From Thermodesulfobacteriota bacterium (GTDB lineage Bacteria > Desulfobacterota_D > UBA1144 > Nemesobacterales > UBA2774), in NCBI GenBank assembly GCA_965216785.1, contig OZ244197.1, positions 1,696,001-1,760,000 of the forward strand: DNA of 64,000 bases. Reading direction: 5' to 3'. A model generated the notes under the pieces. It saw only the letters and a list, made by a program, of their open reading frames with translations, was not told the DNA's origin and did no database searches. The first letter of the stretch is position 1; every line of letters begins with the position of its first letter. Below, piece after piece: positions 59,824-64,000 of the stretch. The translations under genes were made by a program, and so were the position numbers.

Positions 59824-60492
59824 ATGATGTTAAGAGCATACATCAGATTAGTTGTTTACATTATACTGGTAAGCGTAATTCTCTTTTTTTCAGCCGGGCG
59901 TATAGACTGGCTTGCTGCTTGGGTATTTCTGGTTATATATACGGCGATTATTATTATAGGCGTTACTTTTGTCGATCCAGAACTGTTAAAAGAACGAAGC
60001 AAGATAGGGCCAGGGGCTAAGAGGTGGGACATTGTAATAGCCAGCGTCGCAGTCGTCTTTTTGTTCCCGGCTACGTTTCTTGTTGCGGGTCTGGACGCCG
60101 GTCGTTACCATTGGTCGCCTCCCTTCCCGGTATGGCTTCAGATCGCTGCTTTTCTCGGATTCCTGGCAGGAAGCGCTCTGCAGTCGTGGGCAATAATTAC
60201 AAACAAGTTCTACTCGTCAGTCGTTCGGATTCAAACCGATAGGGGCCATTACGTTATCACAGACGGGCCGTACAGATACGTGCGCCATCCCGGTTACACA
60301 GGAGTTATCGTGACATCATTTGCTATCCCGCTGATGCTGGGATCGCTATGGGCTCTTGTTCCCGCGCTGATAGGGGACTGCATTCTCGTTATCCGCACCT
60401 TACTAGAAGACAATACTCTAAAGAGTGAGCTTGCAGGATATACGGAATACGCCGCTAAGACCCATTACCGTCTAATACCGGGTATCTGGTAG
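59824..60492 (+). CDS. Isoprenylcysteine carboxylmethyltransferase (ICMT) family protein
   Basis: NKFYSSVVRIQTDRGHYVITDGPYRYVRHPGY, RTLLED..L..EL.GY.EY....YRLIPGIW. Confidence 0.9.
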   Translation: MMLRAYIRLVVYIILVSVILFFSAGRIDWLAAWVFLVIYTAIIIIGVTFVDPELLKERSKIGPGAKRWDIVIASVAVVFLFPATFLVAGLDAGRYHWSPPFPVWLQIAAFLGFLAGSALQSWAIITNKFYSSVVRIQTDRGHYVITDGPYRYVRHPGYTGVIVTSFAIPLMLGSLWALVPALIGDCILVIRTLLEDNTLKSELAGYTEYAAKTHYRLIPGIW

Positions 60493-60517
60493 CAGACATT
60501 TAAAATACTTACCCTAA

Positions 60518-61639
60518 TCAGGATTGTCCTACGGTTATGCTCTGACGGAATCTAAATAGCGCCGCGCTAAAGTAGAGCGATCCGATAAGGATCAAAATTA
60601 AAAAATCACCCCAGACCACTTCTACGCCCGCGTCGCGGAACAGCACGGCTTGGGCGTAGTTTACAAAATGTGTGGATGGTGAAAAGTACATAACATACCG
60701 CAGTACCGCAGGCATGCTGTCCATCGGGGTATAGACCCCCGAGAGGAGCATCATTACCAAAAAGACCGGCAGTGCGAGAAGGCCGAACTGCGGCATGGAG
60801 CGTGCGATAGTCGCAAGTAATATCCCGAGCGAAGTGACCGAGAATAGGAAGGCTATAGTGCCCGCGATAAACAAGGGGATTGAGCCCGCGATATGGACTT
60901 GAAGCAGTCCTTGTACGACTAAATATAATGAGGCAATGGCCGCAGCTACAATAACTAGCCCGTTTGCCCATATCTTCGCTGCCATTATGTCAAAAGGCCT
61001 TAGCGGCATTGCTAAAAGGTGCTCTAGAGTGCCGTGCTCACGCTCCCTTATCACAGCGGCGCCGGTAAGGATTATTGTCAGCAGCGTCATGTTGTTTATG
61101 ATTTCCATTATGCTCAGAAACCATACTGATTCAAGGTTCGGATTGAACTTAGATCTGATTACTATATTTGCCGCTTGCCCGGGGTCGTTGTAACTCATGA
61201 AGTCCCCTATCTCGTCCGCTATGATGCTTTGTATATACCCGGCGCCTCTGCCCGCTATACTCATTGCGGTCGCGTCCACGTTTATCTGAATTTCAGGACT
61301 CTTTTGTGCAAGCAGGTCCTCCTGGAAGTCCGGGGGGATATCTATTACAAAACTGTACTTTCCGTAATCCATAGCGCGGTCGATCTCGCTCACGGAAATC
61401 AGAGTCGGCGGCTTAAAATACGGCTCGAGCAAGGCGTCGTGTATCCGGCTCGAGAGGGTCGATCTGTCTTCATCCACTATGCCGATGGCGGCGTTCTCAA
61501 CGTCGGTTCCCGACTGGGAGGCCTCGTATACGCCAAACGATAGGGAATAGACGATCAGGAAAACCAGAAATAGATCGTAGCGCAAGCTGAATAGCTCTTT
61601 TATGCCCAGTCTGAAAATGTTATCTATTCTCTGTAGCAT
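60518..61639 (-). CDS. yhhJ: ABC-2 transporter permease (YhhJ-like)
   Basis: LGIKEL, VDEDRS.LS, REREHGTLEHLL.MP, ARSMPQFGLL, SPSTHFV. Confidence 0.88.
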   Translation of the reverse strand: MLQRIDNIFRLGIKELFSLRYDLFLVFLIVYSLSFGVYEASQSGTDVENAAIGIVDEDRSTLSSRIHDALLEPYFKPPTLISVSEIDRAMDYGKYSFVIDIPPDFQEDLLAQKSPEIQINVDATAMSIAGRGAGYIQSIIADEIGDFMSYNDPGQAANIVIRSKFNPNLESVWFLSIMEIINNMTLLTIILTGAAVIREREHGTLEHLLAMPLRPFDIMAAKIWANGLVIVAAAIASLYLVVQGLLQVHIAGSIPLFIAGTIAFLFSVTSLGILLATIARSMPQFGLLALPVFLVMMLLSGVYTPMDSMPAVLRYVMYFSPSTHFVNYAQAVLFRDAGVEVVWGDFLILILIGSLYFSAALFRFRQSITVGQS

Positions 61640-61641
61640 AG

Positions 61642-64000
61642 TTAGCTCTCCTGAGCCTTTAATAGTAATAGGCCGAATGTTAGGTATGCGAATATAATGA
61701 TTACAAGAGCTAAATAGTTAATCGCGAGATCTCCAAAGTCGAGTGCTTTTGTAAAAGTTCCCATGCTGATGAGCTGAAAATATCCGTACGGGAATATAAG
61801 ACCCATTGCCTTTGCGCCCCCTGAAAGAGAGGATACCGGCGTAAAGTAGCCCGAGAAGTTAATTGCCGGGGTAACCGTGATAATAGCAGTTGCGAATATG
61901 GCGGCAATCTGTGTCCTTACCAAGGTGGAAACCATCATACCAAAGCCTGTAGTAGCAACTACATAGAAAAGAGCGCCCAAGGTGAGCGCGGCGAAGCTTC
62001 CCTTAACCGGGACTTTAAACAAAAAGAGGGATAGCAGCACAAGAGTGGCGAAATTAATCATAGCAAGCAGCACGTACGGGGCCTGCTTGCCCAGTAGAAA
62101 TTCGAGTTTTGTAACGGGGGTAGCATAGAAATTGGTAATCGAGCCTAGCTCTTTCTCGCGCACTACGCCTAGGGCCGTCATCATTGCCGGAATAAAAACG
62201 AGAAGTATCATGATCGTACCCGGTACCATTGCGAATACGCTTTTAAAATCCTGGTTGTAGCGAAAGCGCGTCTGTAAGCTGACGGGCAGGGTAGAGAGCC
62301 CCCGTCCATGATCTTTCATGGCTTGCTCTTCAAGGTAGCTTCGGTGAACGCCCTCTACATACCCGCGGCTCGTTTCAGCCCTATAGGGCATAGCGCCGTC
62401 GAGCCACACGCCCACTTCCGGCGTAGCCCCTCTCTTCAGGTCTTTCCCGAAGTCGGGGGGCATCTCAATCGCAAGTCTGAGCTCGCCGCTCCTGAGCCTA
62501 TGCTCAAGCTCTCTCTGGTCATAAATTGGAGGCGTCTCTTCAAAGTAGCGGGAGCCGGAAAAATTCTCGAGGTAGCGCCTGCTTTCGGGTGTGTTATCTC
62601 TGTCGAGCACGGCATAGGGGAGGTTTTCTACATCGAAAGTAATGCCGTATCCGAACACTATCATTAATATGATGGGGCCGAGCATAGCGAATGCCAGACG
62701 GATGGGGTCGCGCTTGATCTCCATTGCTTCGCGGCGCGCGTATGCCCACATACGCCCGAAATTCAGGATGCCGGGTCTTTGTTCTTTTCGGTCGTCGGTG
62801 TGGTGAGACGATATTTTCTCAGTTGTCTCTTGGTCGGTATTCTGTAAAATATCACCTTCGGCCTCTTCAAGATAGGCTATAAACGTATCTTCCAGGTTCT
62901 CGGAGGATTTACTCTCAATTAGCTCCCGGGGGCTTCCCTGCGCCAGCACTTTGCCCGCGTGCATTAATGATATGCGGTCGCACCGCTCCCCCTCATTCAT
63001 GAAATGTGTGGATATAAATATAGTTACGCCATCCTCTCTTGAAAGCTTAATCAAAAGCTCCCAGAAACCGTCTCTCGCAATCGGGTCGACACCCGAAGTA
63101 GGCTCGTCCAGAATCAGCATCCGGGGGGCGTGGATAAGAGCGACCGCGAGAGATAGCCGCTGCCTAATACCGAGCGGCAGCTTTTCGGGAAGCTCATTTT
63201 CAGATCCTTCAAGGCCGAAACGATCGATCATCTCCGATACCCGCTCGGGGATATATTCCCTGGGAAGATGAAAAAGGCGGGCGTGAAGTTCGAGGTTCTG
63301 CTTCACGGTGAGCTCGTTATACAGGGAAAAAGACTGAGACATATAACCGACCTGTTTTCTTATCTCCAAATCTCTTGCGTCTACGCTTTTCCCAAACAGA
63401 TAAGCTTCACCTTCAGATACGGGCAAAAGCCCGGTGAGCATTTTCATGGTCGTCGTTTTCCCGCAGCCGTTAGAGCCAAGGAAACCGAATATCTCGCCTT
63501 GCTCGATACGGAAGCTTACTTCGTCTACAGCGGTAAAGCTGCCAAAACGCTTGGTGAGATTCCTGGCTTCAATGGCTGTCTCGCCGACGTGATTTTGGTA
63601 CGGAGTAATCTCTAATTTTTTATAATACTTGCTCTCATCCTCGGGCATGAGATGTATAAACGCCTCTTCAAGGCTACTGGAGCCGTTTTGCTGTTTCAGC
63701 TGCTCTGGACTTCCGGTTTCGAGCACCCTTCCGTCGTTCATGGCGATGAGCCAGTCAAACCCCTCTGCCTCTTCCATATAGGCTGTAGCTATAATTACGC
63801 TCATTCCCTCACGCCTGTGACGGATGCGCTCGATTAGCTCCCAGAACTGACGTCGTGACAGGGGGTCGACTCCTGTTGTGGGCTCGTCTAGGATCAGGAG
63901 CGTAGGGTCGTGAATAAGAGCGCAGCAAAGACCGAGTTTCTGCTTCATACCCCCGGAGAGCTTGCCCGCGGGACGCGTGGAAAAAGGAGCGAGCCCGGTG
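61642..64000 (-). CDS. rbbA: Ribosome-associated ATPase / ABC transporter RbbA (5' part outside the window)
   Basis: Frame stays open to the edge ([28 protein letters not shown]); second ABC domain GSNGCGKTT; RDPIRL; [10 protein letters not shown] permease domain. Confidence 0.92.
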   Translation of the reverse strand, partial: TGLAPFSTRPAGKLSGGMKQKLGLCCALIHDPTLLILDEPTTGVDPLSRRQFWELIERIRHRREGMSVIIATAYMEEAEGFDWLIAMNDGRVLETGSPEQLKQQNGSSSLEEAFIHLMPEDESKYYKKLEITPYQNHVGETAIEARNLTKRFGSFTAVDEVSFRIEQGEIFGFLGSNGCGKTTTMKMLTGLLPVSEGEAYLFGKSVDARDLEIRKQVGYMSQSFSLYNELTVKQNLELHARLFHLPREYIPERVSEMIDRFGLEGSENELPEKLPLGIRQRLSLAVALIHAPRMLILDEPTSGVDPIARDGFWELLIKLSREDGVTIFISTHFMNEGERCDRISLMHAGKVLAQGSPRELIESKSSENLEDTFIAYLEEAEGDILQNTDQETTEKISSHHTDDRKEQRPGILNFGRMWAYARREAMEIKRDPIRLAFAMLGPIILMIVFGYGITFDVENLPYAVLDRDNTPESRRYLENFSGSRYFEETPPIYDQRELEHRLRSGELRLAIEMPPDFGKDLKRGATPEVGVWLDGAMPYRAETSRGYVEGVHRSYLEEQAMKDHGRGLSTLPVSLQTRFRYNQDFKSVFAMVPGTIMILLVFIPAMMTALGVVREKELGSITNFYATPVTKLEFLLGKQAPYVLLAMINFATLVLLSLFLFKVPVKGSFAALTLGALFYVVATTGFGMMVSTLVRTQIAAIFATAIITVTPAINFSGYFTPVSSLSGGAKAMGLIFPYGYFQLISMGTFTKALDFGDLAINYLALVIIIFAYLTFGLLLLKAQES

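Noticed and set aside
1-64000. CRISPR arrays, tRNA/rRNA genes, transposases, integrases or phage genes
   Set aside because: No regularly spaced repeats, cloverleaf-like sequences or mobile-element motifs seen by eye; dedicated scans were not run.

Overview
Gene-dense bacterial chromosomal window with no rRNA, tRNA, CRISPR array or transposase that I can see. The IPTL-CTERM protein, sigma54 use and gene content suggest a deltaproteobacteria-like lineage such as Ca. Dadabacteria, but this is inference only. Left to right: a partial AsmA gene; an ECF sigma / zf-HC2 anti-sigma / PspA / VWA / membrane-protein stress locus; paired alpha/beta hydrolases, lhgO, an orphan nuoF, tatA, ndh and a Na+/H+ antiporter; a rhodanese-SufE-SufU/IscU cluster; pntAB; a TolC-MFP-YtoQ-RND operon whose pump gene has a 1-bp frameshift; a 1422-aa malate synthase-isocitrate lyase (ICL2-type) fusion; trhO; an IPTL-CTERM protein, GH/GT genes, an arylsulfatase and cytochromes c; then a ~17 kb block (adh, ldhA, ppsA, CMD, USP, CBS, archaeal-type MAT, pcm, YbaK, a GGQ-less aeRF1-like protein, ICMT, RbbA/YhhJ). 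The strongest candidates for undescribed biology are: (1) five sigma54 -24/-12 promoters in that last block, paired with a shared 17-bp upstream motif, defining a putative low-oxygen/dormancy regulon; (2) an ~80-nt sRNA candidate at 37974-38054 (minus strand) with a near-consensus sigma70 promoter, tandem anti-Shine-Dalgarno repeats and a terminator, which matches the ribosome-binding site of a gene 31 kb away at 18/19 nt; (3) the malate synthase-ICL2 fusion.
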